Notes: generated from the letters alone by a model not told the origin. A stretch of 64,000 bases of DNA from Bigelowiella natans CCMP2755 (GCA_000320545.1 ADNK01002607.1:176149-240148); one strand, 5' to 3'; shown: positions 48,714 to 63,425, counted from the stretch's first letter. A program made the numbers and translations.

Positions 48714-50578
48714 GGCAATAGAGAGAATGCTCTACTATTGTGTTCCTACGACCGATCCATTCCAAAAAGGGAGGAAGCATCACCTGTTCGTTGTTCTTTC
48801 CGTATTTTCAACCATATATAAAGAATTAATATCATTCAAAATTTGTTGTGGTATCACAGCTCTGCAGTCGATCAAAACAGGATGTTTCAATCACTATCTC
48901 AACATCTTGAGAAGAGGAAAAGTAGTAGTAGTAGTAGTAGTAGTAGGAGTTGTGGCGACAAGAACAAGTCCGAAGAAAAGAAAGGTAATGGAGGAGAAGG
49001 CAAAAAAATAGAGAGAAAGAAGAAGAATTGTTAGAATATATGAGTAGTTGACAACGCATGATGCACTCATGCTGATGGATGCTGCCACCACCGCGACCAT
49101 TATTGACAGGAGGATCAGGAATAGGGGGAGGAGGGGCAGGAGGAATCCCGGCACCACCACCACTACCTCCGCCACAATTGGGAGGAGGGAGGGAAGGGGG
49201 GGGGGGTCCCGACCGCCGCCACCACTAGTAGCGGTATTAATTATGTGTGATTGATTTATCTGCCATATCTTCCTCCTCCTATTTCAACATCAACGTAGTA
49301 CACACATGCTGCGGCACTCGTGATCTGCATACACATGATCCACACAACGGTTAGACTTGGTAGGAAGTAGCACCAACAGAACAGAGCAGACAAAATAATG
49401 ATGGGTATGGTATGCTATCGTATGCTCATAGTAGTATAGTAGCAGTAGTAGTAGTAGTAGTAGTTCTTTGGTTCATTGCTACATCCACTATTACTACTGC
49501 AATTGCTACTACTACTACTACTACTACTATCAGATTGGAGGAGGGCCTGGTATACCTCCACCACCGCCCCCTATCATGACGACAGAAAGCAGCAGCAGCA
49601 GCAGCAGAAATAATACAGCAGCAGGACAACAACCTAGTAACATAATCGATGGTACTACTAGTAGTAGTAGTAGAGGAACGATGGTGACGATTTATGGACG
49701 CTCTTTCGTCGAGCCTGCGCTGGGTGCTTACATGGTAGTGTATCAGAGGGAGGAGGAGGAGGAGGAGGAGGGAGGTGCAAGGGCAGAACACGGACCAGAA
49801 CAGAAATTGAACAAGGGAAAGATTAGTAATGATAAAGAAAATCGTGATGAGACAAATAATCATGTCGATTCTAGTAGCTTTTGGGGAATTAGCAAGAAGC
49901 TTAAAGAGGAGATCATGGCAGAGAACGAAAGGTGTAGTTGTTTATTATCACTTCGAAATACATATATTTGTGGGGGGGGGGGGGGTCAAGTGGTAGTGAT
50001 AATGGTGGTGATAATGAGGATTTTGTTAAAAGGGAGAAAGGTTAGATGGATGATATGAGTTGTTCGTCTTCTCGTCTTTCTTCCTTCCTTCTTCTCCCTC
50101 TGTGTACTTTATTTTCCTTCTTCTCTCCTCTCATCATAATGATCCAAACAACCGATGATCCAGGTACTTGCCTCTGTTAAAATCCCACCAAGAAGCTAAG
50201 AAAAGCCAGAACGTCAAATCTAGGAAGGGGAGAAACAAGACTAACAAAGACAACAAGAATATCAACAATGATAATAACAATGACAGGATCAAGCAAAAGA
50301 TAAATATTCATCATCATCTTAAAGTCTCTGCGGGTTCCGTAGGAAGTAAAAGAGTAGGAGGAAAGGAGGAGGAGGCGAAGAGGAGGAGAGGGAAGAAGAA
50401 GATGGTAGTATCGTGTTGTCGTTGCAGCGGAACTAACAATGACGGTCAAGGCAGCACTAACAACAAATCTGATAAGAATTCGTCGTTTGAGATAGAAATG
50501 GATGGTCTTTGGAGAAACGATGCTGCCGATAAATGGGTGGGTATTATTGCGGTCATACTTATACACTGACCACATTAC

Positions 50579-50616
<38 letters not shown>

Positions 50617-50680
50617 AAATTGAGATACGATGAGAACATAATTGCTCAGTAGTTCTTGATTATGCATTTTATTATTTGTG

Positions 50681-50720
<40 letters not shown>

Positions 50721-51903
50721 TCACTCTATATATACTCAGAGACAACAACTTCGTCTCGTCCTTTCAAAGAAATTGAAAGTACCACCTACGAGATTATACC
50801 TCAAAATTAATTTAGGAGGAGGAGGAGTAGGAGGACAGTCACAAGAGCGATGTGAAAAGGAGAAAAAGAAGAATGACGTCACTGGAATCGAGGAGCTTCT
50901 TCAACAGCAACACCAGGCCAACGATGATACCAGCGGTAATGATGGCCAAGGCGACGATTTGGTGCGCTGCGAGTATGATGTTTTGCCTCAGGGCAAACGG
51001 GTAAGCTCTTGATGAACATAGTAGTAGTCAGTCAAATTGATAACACACAAATATAACCAATAGTTCGCCGTGTTTATATTGAGAGAGAAACAGAGAAGGA
51101 ACTGTTGATTTCTAATGTGTGATGATGCTGATGATGATGGTGTGCAGAACTTGGAAGTATTCCTTCTTCATCGTCGTCATCGTAGTAAGCGATTCAGCAC
51201 GGCTAGTGAAGGAAAGAGTACAGAAACAGCAGTAGCAGTTGGCAGTAGTGGAAATAATAACAACAACAGCAGAAGTGATAACGATGTCATGAGAGAAGCA
51301 GAAGAAAAGGCCAAATATATTACGAGTGCGTAGTATATGTAAATATTATTTAGATAAGATACATCAACGATAAAGCTATGATATTTTCCTCATTTCGTCG
51401 TTTCTTCAATTCTCTGAGCAAGTGATGCGTACACCTTAAGAGGATAATGCCAAAATAAGAAGAAGGGGAGACAACTATTTTATACATAATCTTTGCTCTT
51501 CTTCTTCTTCTTCGTCTTATTATTATTTTATACAATACTACCAAGGTTTTGTAGCGGATACAACGATGACAATTGGCTCTCTTAGATCACAGGTAAAGAA
51601 TTGATCTTAAGCATGTCCCGATTACATGCTCGCATGTGTATAGGAATATGTACGTATTTTACACAACATTCATTTATACAGCATTTATGAACACTACTCT
51701 TATTTGAGTGGGGAGAGCACTGATATTATTATCTGTTGTTACTATTAGCTATCTATAAAAGCTGGGATTGACGATCGACTTACCTTCACTCGAATGCGTG
51801 AAAAACGGTCGGGTAACTTCCTAGGTAATGAGCTGCTGCTGCTGCTACTACTACTACTACTACTGCTTTCATGTTTCTGCATATACCAATTGGCAATGTT
51901 TTA

Positions 51904-51934
<31 letters not shown>

Positions 51935-52124
51935 GTCGTCATTCATTCATTTATTCGTTCGTCAGGAGAGGCCTTTATTGATTCCGAGACTCTAGAAGAT
52001 GAATTAATACGCATGCCAACAGGATTCTCAGGCTGCATTGTCTTAACGATTGGGAGGAAGGGGGGAGAGGAGGAGGTATGCTCCTTAGTTATTCGTGCTA
52101 TTTGTAGTGTCTTTGCATATATTA

Positions 52125-52163
<39 letters not shown>

Positions 52164-53096
52164 ATGAGCTATTTATTCACATTCTGACCATTTTATTGGA
52201 CTAGTATTACAGTCACCATCCTCTAATTATCAACACCAATCACAGCATCATCATCATACACGTGTGAAAAAGCCTGAGGACTCCATTGTGGATATTTACC
52301 TATGGGAAGAACGTAATAGATTAGGAGTACCAGCAATTTGATAGAGAGTGATAAAAAAATAGTAGTTTCAGAATCGTTATAATGGAATTTTTCTCCGGTT
52401 TATTAGATGTCTTTCTTCCCCTATCTTATTGTGATTTCTACTACTATCTTACCTAAGCTTGATGATGTCTTTTTCTCCACTCACTCATCACCCTTTTCAA
52501 TTCAGTATCGAAACTAGATTATCTAGGGGAGATGGTGCTTCCTCAATCTCTTTTCACGAAGAATGATGACACCCATACCCATGATGGGAATGGTGGCCAT
52601 GAGCAAGAACCCTCAGCTGCTCGTCGATCAGTAGCGCCATCACCAATCTTCATCCTAAAGCAGAAGCTTGCATCATGCTCTCACCTCCTCAGCGGCACTA
52701 CAATGGAGAAGACGACCGGGGCGGAATTTAAGGTGGGGGGGTTACATACCCATACTCATATATTCTCTTTAACAATTTCGATAAATCTATTTTACCTCCG
52801 CCGCGACGCTCATTATCTATCAATGATATCATAGTCATCATCATCATCATCATCATCATCAGAGTATGGCGATAAGCTAGTGATGTGATGATGTGTTCTG
52901 TATGATGTTGTTGGGTAGATTTGTCGTGTTCCCGCATGGCAGACAAGTGGTATCGAAGGAGTAGCATCAGTTCGCAGGTAACCTAGTAGCAGTAGTAGTA
53001 GCAGCAGAAGTCGTAGCACTCACTGCAATGAATTTATCTCATTCTTTCCTTTCAATCTTGAGCCCACAAGAAGAATAAGATACTATCAATGAGTGT

Positions 53097-53134
<38 letters not shown>

Positions 53135-53470
53135 GTGTGTGTGTGTGTGTGTGTTCTATCCAAACGTGAAAATCATCAGGGATTCATGGGACAATAGTGA
53201 AATATTTCCTATAAAGAGTGGGGATGCGTTGGTTCTATGCCCTTCCATCACATTGGAACGTTTTTTCGAAGCACAACGGTCATAAACCTGTACTCCATTC
53301 TAATGAAAACAATTTCATATTTTTATTTATGGTGAACAACTTAGCTAGCTCAGTTGACATTATGTGGGTATAAGAATACAATACTGAAAAACAATGATGA
53401 AACTCTTATGAAATTTGTAATTATTTGCAGGCAAGCTGGGAGAGAGCAAGGGATAGAGATAAAATTATAG
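44962..53470 (+). CDS. Ubiquitin-specific protease (peptidase C19), USP40/USP47-like
   Basis: Cys box TGYVGLTNE/GSTCYLNSFLQTL, LCKSFG/WDRASMFRQHDVQEL, finger cysteines CTTC and CSIC, LPE/VLVIQLKRF, His box VLMH/SGLAATGHYYAFV, WCQFDD, AYMVVYQR. C-terminal EQGIEIKL-stop resembles USP7/USP47-type tails. Confidence 0.9.
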
Positions 53471-54374
53471 CTGGCCACCAACCATTGTTACATTATTTTC
53501 ATCATAGAAAAATTCCGCACTATCTAGCTATACATAGTAATAGCTTGACACATTGCCAATGTAGATGTATTTTTGTACACATGTACGTCGTGGTCAGTCG
53601 TCTGAACACACACACACACACACACACAAGCAATTTTTGTGCTACGATAGATAGATGCAGGCTAATTATATGCTAGAATGGTATATGTTGCATGTACAGT
53701 GTGCAGTACGTATACTAGTATAGGATGCGCACGTCATCAGTGTGTCTCACGCACCATGCTAGCATGTACATCCAGATGTACTATTTAATAAACTGTATGA
53801 TGCGCATATGAGCGATGCGTCCCCATTATTTAGTAAGGCAATGCAAGGCAGCGTGCGACATGTGACAGATATACGAGCAGGCAGGTGTGCTTATTAGCTA
53901 TATCTAGAACAGCATGCATACTAGCACGTGTCACATGCAGTGGAATAGACTAGTCTAGTCGTAGAGATCGATGTGATGTGTGTGTCATATACTTGCGGTA
54001 CTCTGAGGGGTATATGCGCATTACATCGCTAGATCGCTCACATCGTTGCTGCTAGGTAGGATAGCTACGGAGCATAGACATTTAACCTATTATAAATATT
54101 GCTAGATTGCCCAGCTAGCCAGATGCGTACATATACATGGTGTCGAAATAGCGCAAATTACATTCAGTGCTATGCGTTATATTCATGCTGTGTATCCTAA
54201 CTTTTACGGTTTAAATTCTATGCTTCAATGCCTGACAGCAATGAATCGTCAATATCAGCTCTCGATGCTTACGTCTGCGTAACTCCAAAATGTGCATCCC
54301 ATTAGTAAGGGATCCAAATTCTGAACTGGTACTGCCATAATTCGAGCAGATATTTCGTTGTTACAAGCGCAGAA

Positions 54375-54650
54375 TTACTTAGTGCCTTTAAAAACGGACG
54401 GCGTAGCCTACAGACATGAGAATACTTGAGTGAGGACAAATCGAGCACAGCTGAAGCATGGGGTACTTACGCATTTGTCGATGCATTTCCAGTAGTCAAA
54501 GTACCAGCCCGAACAGTGCTTCTCGCCGCTGGTGTCACCTTCGATACGTTTTGCACATGCAAGGTAAGCTTTCCAAGGAGCAGCACATTTAGGCTTGCAG
54601 GTTTCCTCAGCCGTCAACTTTGGGTCGGGAATCTCGTTCTCTTCGGACAT
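54375..54650 (-). CDS. QCR6: Cytochrome bc1 complex hinge subunit (QCR6/UQCRH)
   Basis: MSEENEIPDPKLTAEETCKPKCAAPWKAYLACAKRIEGDTSGEKHCSGWYFDYWKCIDKC / ATPSVFKGTK-stop. DP...C-x3-C...C-x2-R...HC...DY-x2-C-x-D-x-C hinge pattern. A CAG acceptor immediately precedes the ATG. Confidence 0.95.
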
Positions 54651-55905
54651 CTGCGTACAGTAGAATCATCAGGAATCGGCCGCCAATACAACGTAGACGA
54701 TAACGACTACATCGTTATTTTTTTGTCGAATGAAGATGTTTGGTGATATACAAACACTGACACATGTATACATTTTGGGAGAGTACGTTTGTTGTATCGT
54801 ATCCTTTGTGAAGAAAATCCCATTTACCGGTGGAAATGAAGCCGTAAATAATTAAAATACATTTTCTTCTCTATTCTACGTTTCCATTTCCTCCGTGTAG
54901 ATTTAATACGACCCCATTATTTGATTTGACGTCTCGAATATGTAATGGATGTGTGTGTCACTGCACCACCAGCACGACGTTCTTCCCGTCAAATTTGGAC
55001 TACTAGTGTTTTGTGGAGGTTTGCAACCAACTTCCCGAGATCAAAAACCATTTGAAAAAGATGTGAATATCTACGGGGAAAATAAAAGCGTGTAGTGACT
55101 GTGTCGGTCCAGGGGGGGCGTAAGGCAACCTCTCCTTGCGCTTCTACTTGTTCAGACTTAGTGGCAAGTTATCTGCACCAGAAGAAACTCAATAATTCAT
55201 AAAATAAGCCTAATTTATGTATTTATTGTTGTCGTAGACACTAAAATAAATGGTAAACAATATTAGAAAATAATCTCCGCATCCTGACTCCAGTGAAATT
55301 TGTGGATGGATGCGGGTCGCGGATTGAGATCAGGTCTAAGATTTTGATTACTGAAGTACCTAGATGCTTTGTAAATTTAAGAAACGACAACAAAAATCGA
55401 TATATTCTACTTTTTATACATTATGTCTAGGACAATAGAAGAAAATATGGGAAACACTGACATCTGAATGAGACTCTGAATAGTCCAGCCACGTTCTCAG
55501 GTGAAATCTGTTTCATCTCTGTGACGTTGGGTTAAACCACCTACAATTTGCCCTATTTCTCGAACTCATTTAGTCACATAATCATCGAAATAATTTCCTA
55601 TTTTTCTGTAAGGAAGTAAAATGAAAAAGAGATGTCTGTTTGAGGTCCCGTCATGTAATTTTCAGAGGTCGGAAGGTGAAATGTCGCACATTTTTTTGTT
55701 TTCTTCCGATTGACCTCGAGAGATTATCTGGAGATCATCAATCATCCGTTGTCGAAGCTCTCCTTCTCTACTGATTGATCCCGAGAGGAGGGAGGGAGGG
55801 ATAGAAAGCAAGAAGATCCACAGGAGAGCACTTCTCCTCTTCCTAACTGTTGCTCGCACTACTGCATGTGGATATGGCTTCTTCGGGAAGTAAGGATCAC
55901 ATGTA

Positions 55906-57383
55906 ATGCCTGCCTCAGATGACCTTCTTCTAAACGGTATGATAAATAAAGGGACTGCAAGAGACGCGGAAGAGGGGAATGCCAAACATAGCAATCCTGA
56001 AGCAGGGCGGAGAGAGGTAGTGCTTCGTATTTATAACTCTTTGGAAATTCATTGAAGGATTAAATATGGCCATGAGCGCAGAAATCTGTCGAAACATTAA
56101 CGCATCATTCAGTCAGTTGACTGAAAAATTGGGATTGCTAAAGCATGCGTCTCTTCTTGTTCTCTTCTCGTAGCCTGGCGTTGTGGGCCTAAAGAATCTC
56201 GGAAACACATGCTTTATCAATTCAGTTATACAGGTCGTGGTAGTTCTAGTAGTAGTAGAAGTAACAGTAGCAGAAGTTACAGGAGCAGGGTAGTACAACT
56301 TATTGCGGATGTATTCAATACAACTCGTGAAAACTCGGTGATGATTTATGTCCATAATCAGCATGTGTTTTTAATATACGTTCCTCAGCCATACGATACT
56401 AAGCTAGAAATGCGCACATACATCTCTCTTTCACTCCGTCTTCCTCATCTCTCTATTTATCTCTCTTTCTCTCCCCTTTTCTGTGTGCTGTGCGTGTGTT
56501 TAATCTTACTACCACCATTCCGAATCCTTCAACAGCAAGTTTTAACTTAGTACTCTGCTGTTGTTAGTGCTTGAATGCTACCCGTCTTCAGGATTTCTTT
56601 GCATCAGAGTAACTTTCTTATTCCTCTCGACTAAAGTTTCTACAAGCATGTTTTAGTATCCTTCGGTGATATTCATGTGGTGATTCATCAAGCTATTTGT
56701 TCACTTAATAATAATTAATTCACCGTCTAAATTCTTCCCAAGTATTGTTTTACTCAACCTTGATTATTCAGATATGATCGCATCCGTGCTAAGAGCAGCC
56801 ATAAGAGTATGAAATATGATATGCAGAGTTTAAAAGAAAAGATTATCGAATAGAACTATCACCGATGAAAGCGAGAAACATGAAAATCTACAATTTGAAT
56901 GAAGATTGAATTGTATCTTTGGTTTATCATTTCCGCAAATATAATGGTCTCCTTCCATATTCATGTCAGGGATAAGAGTTGCTAATACAGTAGCGACATT
57001 GTTTAAGGTATTTTAGTTCTTTATGCTTCAGTATTGTGCGATTGATCACAATGGAGAGCAACATGACTAAATTCAATGGTTGGAATTTTGGATTTTTTTT
57101 TCTCTTATGAGTTTTCTTGTTGTGTAATTTTGTCAATTCCGACGGTTAGGACATGTGGAGCGATGATAAATATAGTAGCGATGTTGGTGAAAGCAGCAAC
57201 AACGTCGTTATAGGTCCAGTGAAGCTGAAAGGCCTCCACAGCATTGCGTAATTGATAATCAATTCAGAAATAGCGATTTATATAGGATGATTAAGATTGA
57301 TCAAGACGAGGGTCTAAATAAATATGTGTGATGTTGATGATGGTGATAGCAGGAAAAGAAGGAGGAGGAGGAGGATTATCCCA

Positions 57384-57419
<36 letters not shown>

Positions 57420-58612
57420 GTAATGAGTGATGCAGGCTAATAAAAAATCATATCTAACCTGTAAAGCGGACATGGGAATTTCGCCGATGGAAGGCAACAC
57501 GACGCCAGCGAATTTCTTTCATTTATCCTCGATGTAAGTGAGACATCATCTTTCAAGAGAAAATACTCCATCCGCATGCAATACATATCAGTCTTTAGTC
57601 AGTCAGTACACAAGATATGGGGTTGGCGTCACGGAGGCCTAACTATCACACCAATATTCCCTCTAAAACAGGCTATTCATGAAGATCTAACCAATATGAA
57701 AAACGAGTCTTCGGATTCATCACCATCATCATCGTTACTACTACTATCACCCCCCACTCGCAAAAGAAGGCAACCACCAACATCTACCTCTTCAAGTACA
57801 AATACTGCTACTCCAGCCGCTGGTGAATGCGATGATGGCGACAATGAAGTACAATCCTTTATAATCTTATCATAGATCCAATTGGGGGAGGGATGATCAT
57901 ATCATCATTTCTGAGCTGCTACATTTTCTTCATTTAATTATTACCTTTCCATTTTCATCTTTGTTTTTTTAGACAAAAGTACGGAGCAATATCAAGGGGG
58001 AAGAGGGAAGACAGGGGGGGATAAGAGATGGCCATGGCAAAATTCTTACTCCCAAGCTTATGGCGACGACAGCAACAAAAAGGGAGGAGGAGGAGGAAAA
58101 AGAAAAAGAAAAAGAAAAAGAAAACGAAGAGAGGAAAGGCAGGTCTTTGGTATGTCCGAATTGCTATTATGCTGTCAGAGTTGAAGCACGGAAACAACAT
58201 GAAGAGGAAGAACAAGAAGAAAAGAGCACCAGGATTCAAAGTGCAGAGGAGGAGGAGAAAGAAGATTATATCAATCAAATGAACAATGGTGAAAATATAA
58301 TGAGTTCCTCCAAGTTTGCTGATGACGAGGAAGAAGGAAGCGGAATAATCCATGAAAACAACGACAACAAGAAGAACAAGTCCAATCCTGCTGCTCCAAT
58401 GATGATGACTACAGCAACCGCAGCTACTATTACTACCACCGTTTGTACAATGTCTGTAAAAAGGAAAGGAAATAGTAGTAGTAGTAGTAGTAGTAGTAAT
58501 AGTTTCTTTCCTATACTGTTTTGCTGATGACCGATCACTGTATGCGTCTTGATTGCCATTCTTATTAGAATATACCATTATTCTTAGGTGCGGACATTGC
58601 TGGAACCCTACA

Positions 58613-58649
<37 letters not shown>

Positions 58650-59339
58650 TTTCTACTACCAAAAAACCCACCAAGATGATTATCGAAGAAGGAGAAGGAG
58701 ATATATCGAGTATTACTCCTGATGGTTTTTGCATGGCGGAGGACACCATTGCATCCAGGGCTACTGCTACTGCTTCTGCTACAATCGACACGAACAATAA
58801 TATCACTGAAAGTCATGATAGACATGATGATGATGATGATGCTCATAAGGCTGATATCATCAAAATGAAAGATAAATTATTGGTCACGACAAAGGATGGA
58901 AATGAAAATAAAGCTGATGATGATGGTGATGATGATCGATTCGTAAAAGATGAAAATTCCAATAAGGTCGTCTGTCGGCACCACAATTTCACACACGTAG
59001 TACTACTCGCGTACTACTCACTTTCAAAGCTGCTTTTCGTTACGATCTGGTAGCATTTGTTCTTATCATGATCCGTCGTTACCACCATCGTAACAGGCAT
59101 GGGAAAACTACTTAAAAGTGAATAACTCTGTCGTTGTCCGCTCATTTCACGGGTAGTTAGTGCTTCTCAGAGAATAGTAGTTCTGTTTCTCTCTTTTGTT
59201 GTGCTATCATTACTGGTACACTACAGAGGGGCCCATAGAATATGAAATTGTTACTATGTATTGCTCAATGGATGGGTGGTGCGGGGCTGTGTTTTCGTTT
59301 CTTCTTCTTCTTCTTCTTCTTTCCGGATCTGATTCCCTG

Positions 59340-59389
<50 letters not shown>

Positions 59390-59632
59390 CTTTTAATTTG
59401 CAAGGGCATTTTTGTTTAAAGCTGTTAATTTTATCCTTCGTGCCGTTTTCGTCATTATCATCATCATCATCATCATCATCATCGTCGTTATTGTTGTCGT
59501 GATGATCATCGATTTATGTTCATTCGCAGGCAGATGAGCTCAACCATTTGCTGTCCTGGATGCGGTTGATACTACACACAGCAGCAGCAACACATTCATT
59601 TTATGGAGGAGATGCTCATCACAAAATATGTG

Positions 59633-59672
<40 letters not shown>

Positions 59673-62600
59673 GTGTGTGTATACAACAAAAATGAGTGGA
59701 ATTGACACAAAGATGCACAGCACCTTATCTTTATCCTTATCCTTCTTCTTCTTCTTCTTCTTCTTCTTCTACCTATATTCTCAGGAAGGCTATCAGTGAC
59801 GTACGAGCCATTCTTACAACTTTCGCTGCCTATTCCTGAGCTAGATGATGATGGCGGAACCGGAGGAGCTTATTCATTATCACCATCGCCATTGTCGACA
59901 TTTGCTTCATTTCCCTCCTCTTCATTATCATCATCGCTATCAGCCTCGACGGCAGCAATGAGGTATTTCTCTATCACAAGTATTAATTGAGATCGTGAGC
60001 TGATGATGTTAAATAATGCCTCTCTTAATGAATGAATGAGCGGATTTGCTGTATCTTTAATGTCAAAATGACGACTGTGCCTTGTGATAAGGAAAAAAGT
60101 GATGATTCAAACGCATTTGAGTTTCATACAAAAAATAACGTGGGAGAAACTTTACAAGATATTGTAAATCTCATTCTTTTTACCCATCCCTCTGCTACTA
60201 CTACTACTACTTCTACCTACCATATGGTATGATAAAAGAGGGGGGGCAATACGTGGCAATCGGTTTTTGCAGCTCAGAGTGCTGGCTGTAGCGCCTGGTG
60301 AAAGGGCAAAGGTAGTATCATAATTGGTGATGTTGTCAATAATAATAATACTATCAAGGGTAGGTGGTTGTACTAATAGTAGTAAAGAATAGTCGCAGCA
60401 GTAGTAGTAGTAATAGTATGCCGTGTACATCATGAATATTATTTGCATGATCTCGCTGTATGTGTGCAGGAACTCTCGCTTCACTTGCCTAAAACAGGGA
60501 AGGTTAAGGTACCCGCACAAAAATCGATGATTATCAATACTGATTAGCCAGGAGGAGGAGGAGGAGGAGGAAGAGGAGGAGGGGGGGGGCAGGGGGGAGG
60601 GAAAGGGGCGGAGGAGCAGAAACTTTCTTGTACACAAAATAACAAAATAAATAAACATGACTCAAACACGATTATTAATATTGCATAATCTATGATGCTG
60701 TTGTTGTTGTTGTTGTTGTATTGTTGGTAGACCCTTGTCGAGGAAATAGCAAAAAGGTATGTGCTCCTCCTCCTCTCCTCCCCTCCCTCTAACCAATCCT
60801 AGTTACATTTTCTTCGGATACTAGAGAATATTCTTCTTCTTCCCATCCTCCTCCTCCTCCTCCTCCTCCTCCTCCTCCTCCCTAGTTATCATTTAATGCG
60901 TGCATACTGTCCGATAATGATGGTGATGAGAAGGACCATGGTGATGAATGTGAGAGCAAAGATGACGACAACGACAAGTGATAGTAGTTAATATGTATAC
61001 AAATGCATTGATCTGTGATATGGTGACGATACAGGCTAGGATGGAAAAGACCCGCAAATGCTATTGTGGCAAGCATTCACAGATTCAGACTCAAAAAGGT
61101 GGTTATGCACTGTTCAGTAGTCCTACGTATCAGCGTATTGCAGCGCATGATGATCAAGATGATGATAATGGTAAATGATGGCTAACTTGGCAGGTTTTTG
61201 GTATGAACTACCCACTTCGACAACTAGCTGCTAGCACTGTTACCACAACACCTTCTAACAGCAGCAGCAGCATGACCACTACTCCAAGGATGAGTCCGAG
61301 TAGGAAAAACGAGAGGGAGGAGGAGGAGAAAGATAATATAGGAATTGCAGTATACTTAAAACCACCGGGTGAGAAGCAAGCAGTAGCATTATCATTTCCA
61401 CCGACATCATCTTATCATCATCGTTTCCTTCAGACTGATGATGATGATGATGACGACGAAGAGAGAAAGCGTCAATGTCATCGTGTTCACTGCTACTACT
61501 ACTATCGTCGCCTATAATATCACAATAACTGTTTGTTGATAACCCTTGATGATATAATATCACACTAACTTTCGATAACCTTTAATGATATCCTACTACT
61601 ACTGCTACTACTACTACACTCAGATGCAAACAACGTAACAACTTGTGTGGAAGTCTTGAGCCTGTATAAAGTGAATAAAGTATGGAGGAAGGAGGGAGGG
61701 AGGGAGGGAGGGAGGGAGGAGGGGGACGGGGGGGGGAGGACGGAAACTGACAGAGGATTCTAATAGCAAGACCTCGATATCTAAAATCGTATAATGACAT
61801 AAGTAGCCATCCCTGTAGTAACTTCCTGCACGTTAAACTGTTGTTTTGGTTAATGTTGTTGTTATTATTCTTGTCCTTGTTGTTGTTAAAACTGTGCCAG
61901 CCTAATCCCACGGACGGCTCTTTGGTGTCCCTGGTGTAGCCATGCTGGATATGTGCGTGCAATTATTTATTCAGTTATTCACACACAAAACTTGTTTTGA
62001 GATGATGATCAACAACTAGGGAGGAATGTCAAAGGATCATCACAGCAATCCCCCATAATATATCGATGATGATAATGATATAGCCTGATGATGTAAAAGC
62101 AGCGGCTGAAGAGAGAAAAAAGAGGGGAGGAGAGGGGGGGTTGAAGACTTAATATCACCACAATATGGAACGATTTACGCAGTAAAAAGAAGGACATAAT
62201 GATTAGCACAATATTATAATTTATTTATTTCAAGGTTTCAGAAGTGACTCGAAAGTCGCTCAGACAAGCAGCATGGGATGCCATCAACCCTCTGCTGCTC
62301 CTATTCAAGAACAAGAACAAAAAGAACAAGATAAAGATGAAAGCTAATAGTTGCCTTGAGAAAATGGAAGGTGATGATGATGATGATGATGATAATGATG
62401 ATGATGAAGGTTTTTCATGACCCTATCATAATGGATGTCTTGCCTACGATACCGACAAAACCGAGCCCACAATTAGCTTTACATTTTATATTCTTATTAT
62501 AAATCATTGCCTTCCTTGATTTGCTATGATTTTTTCCCTTATACTCTTTTCATTTCTCTTCTTCTTCTTCTTCTTCTTCTTCTTCTTCTTCTTCTTGTTC

Positions 62601-62940
62601 TCTAGACTTTCAGCTCTTCCTCGCCAGTCGGAAATTCGTTCCATTTCTTGAGGTGAAAAGTCGTCTGTGTTAGTTAAAAAAGAGATCGCTAAGGCGTGGT
62701 GTACAAAACATTGAATTGACAAGAAAACAAGCAAATGAATACGCGTATTTTCGTTGTTTTACATCATCATCAAATACGAGCGAGCGATATGATAATAACA
62801 ACAACAACAACAACAGGTTGCTGCTGCGAAGGAATTAGTGAATAATAACTCTAATAAACCGACGACACTGGATCTTTCTAGAGAGGTAGTATAGAACAAC
62901 AATAATATCAATTCATAATAGTAAAGAAGATATTAGCAAC

Positions 62941-62972
<32 letters not shown>

Positions 62973-63321
62973 TTATCAGAATTCTGTTTTAATAATATAT
63001 GTCGTGGTCGTTGTCGTCTTTGTCGTCTGCATCATCATCGTCTTCTTCCTTCTTGTGGCAGCAATACGTGGGCTAGTAGTACTACTTCTAATGTGCCTTC
63101 TTGTCTTGTTTTACTTCTTCTCACTTTTACCTCAACTAACCCCCCCTATAATAATAATAATAATAATAATATAACACTAATACGTGTTTGGTTGTAGTAC
63201 TTTTCAATGATGCTCATATGGAACACGTCAAGAGGGAAATTCTCACCAGCAGCAGCAGTGTCTTCGGTAATAGATAAGTGCATACCTGCCATTGAAATCA
63301 GCCTATATTAGAATATAAATA

Positions 63322-63354
<33 letters not shown>

Positions 63355-63387
63355 CCTTATCTTTACGGACTTTACAGAATGTTCGTA

Positions 63388-63425
<38 letters not shown>

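Noticed and set aside
57955-58806. 283-aa hydrophobic minus-strand ORF, and the many poly-M/H/C/V/L ORFs in the track
   Set aside because: Antisense or off-frame translations of microsatellites and of USP exons.
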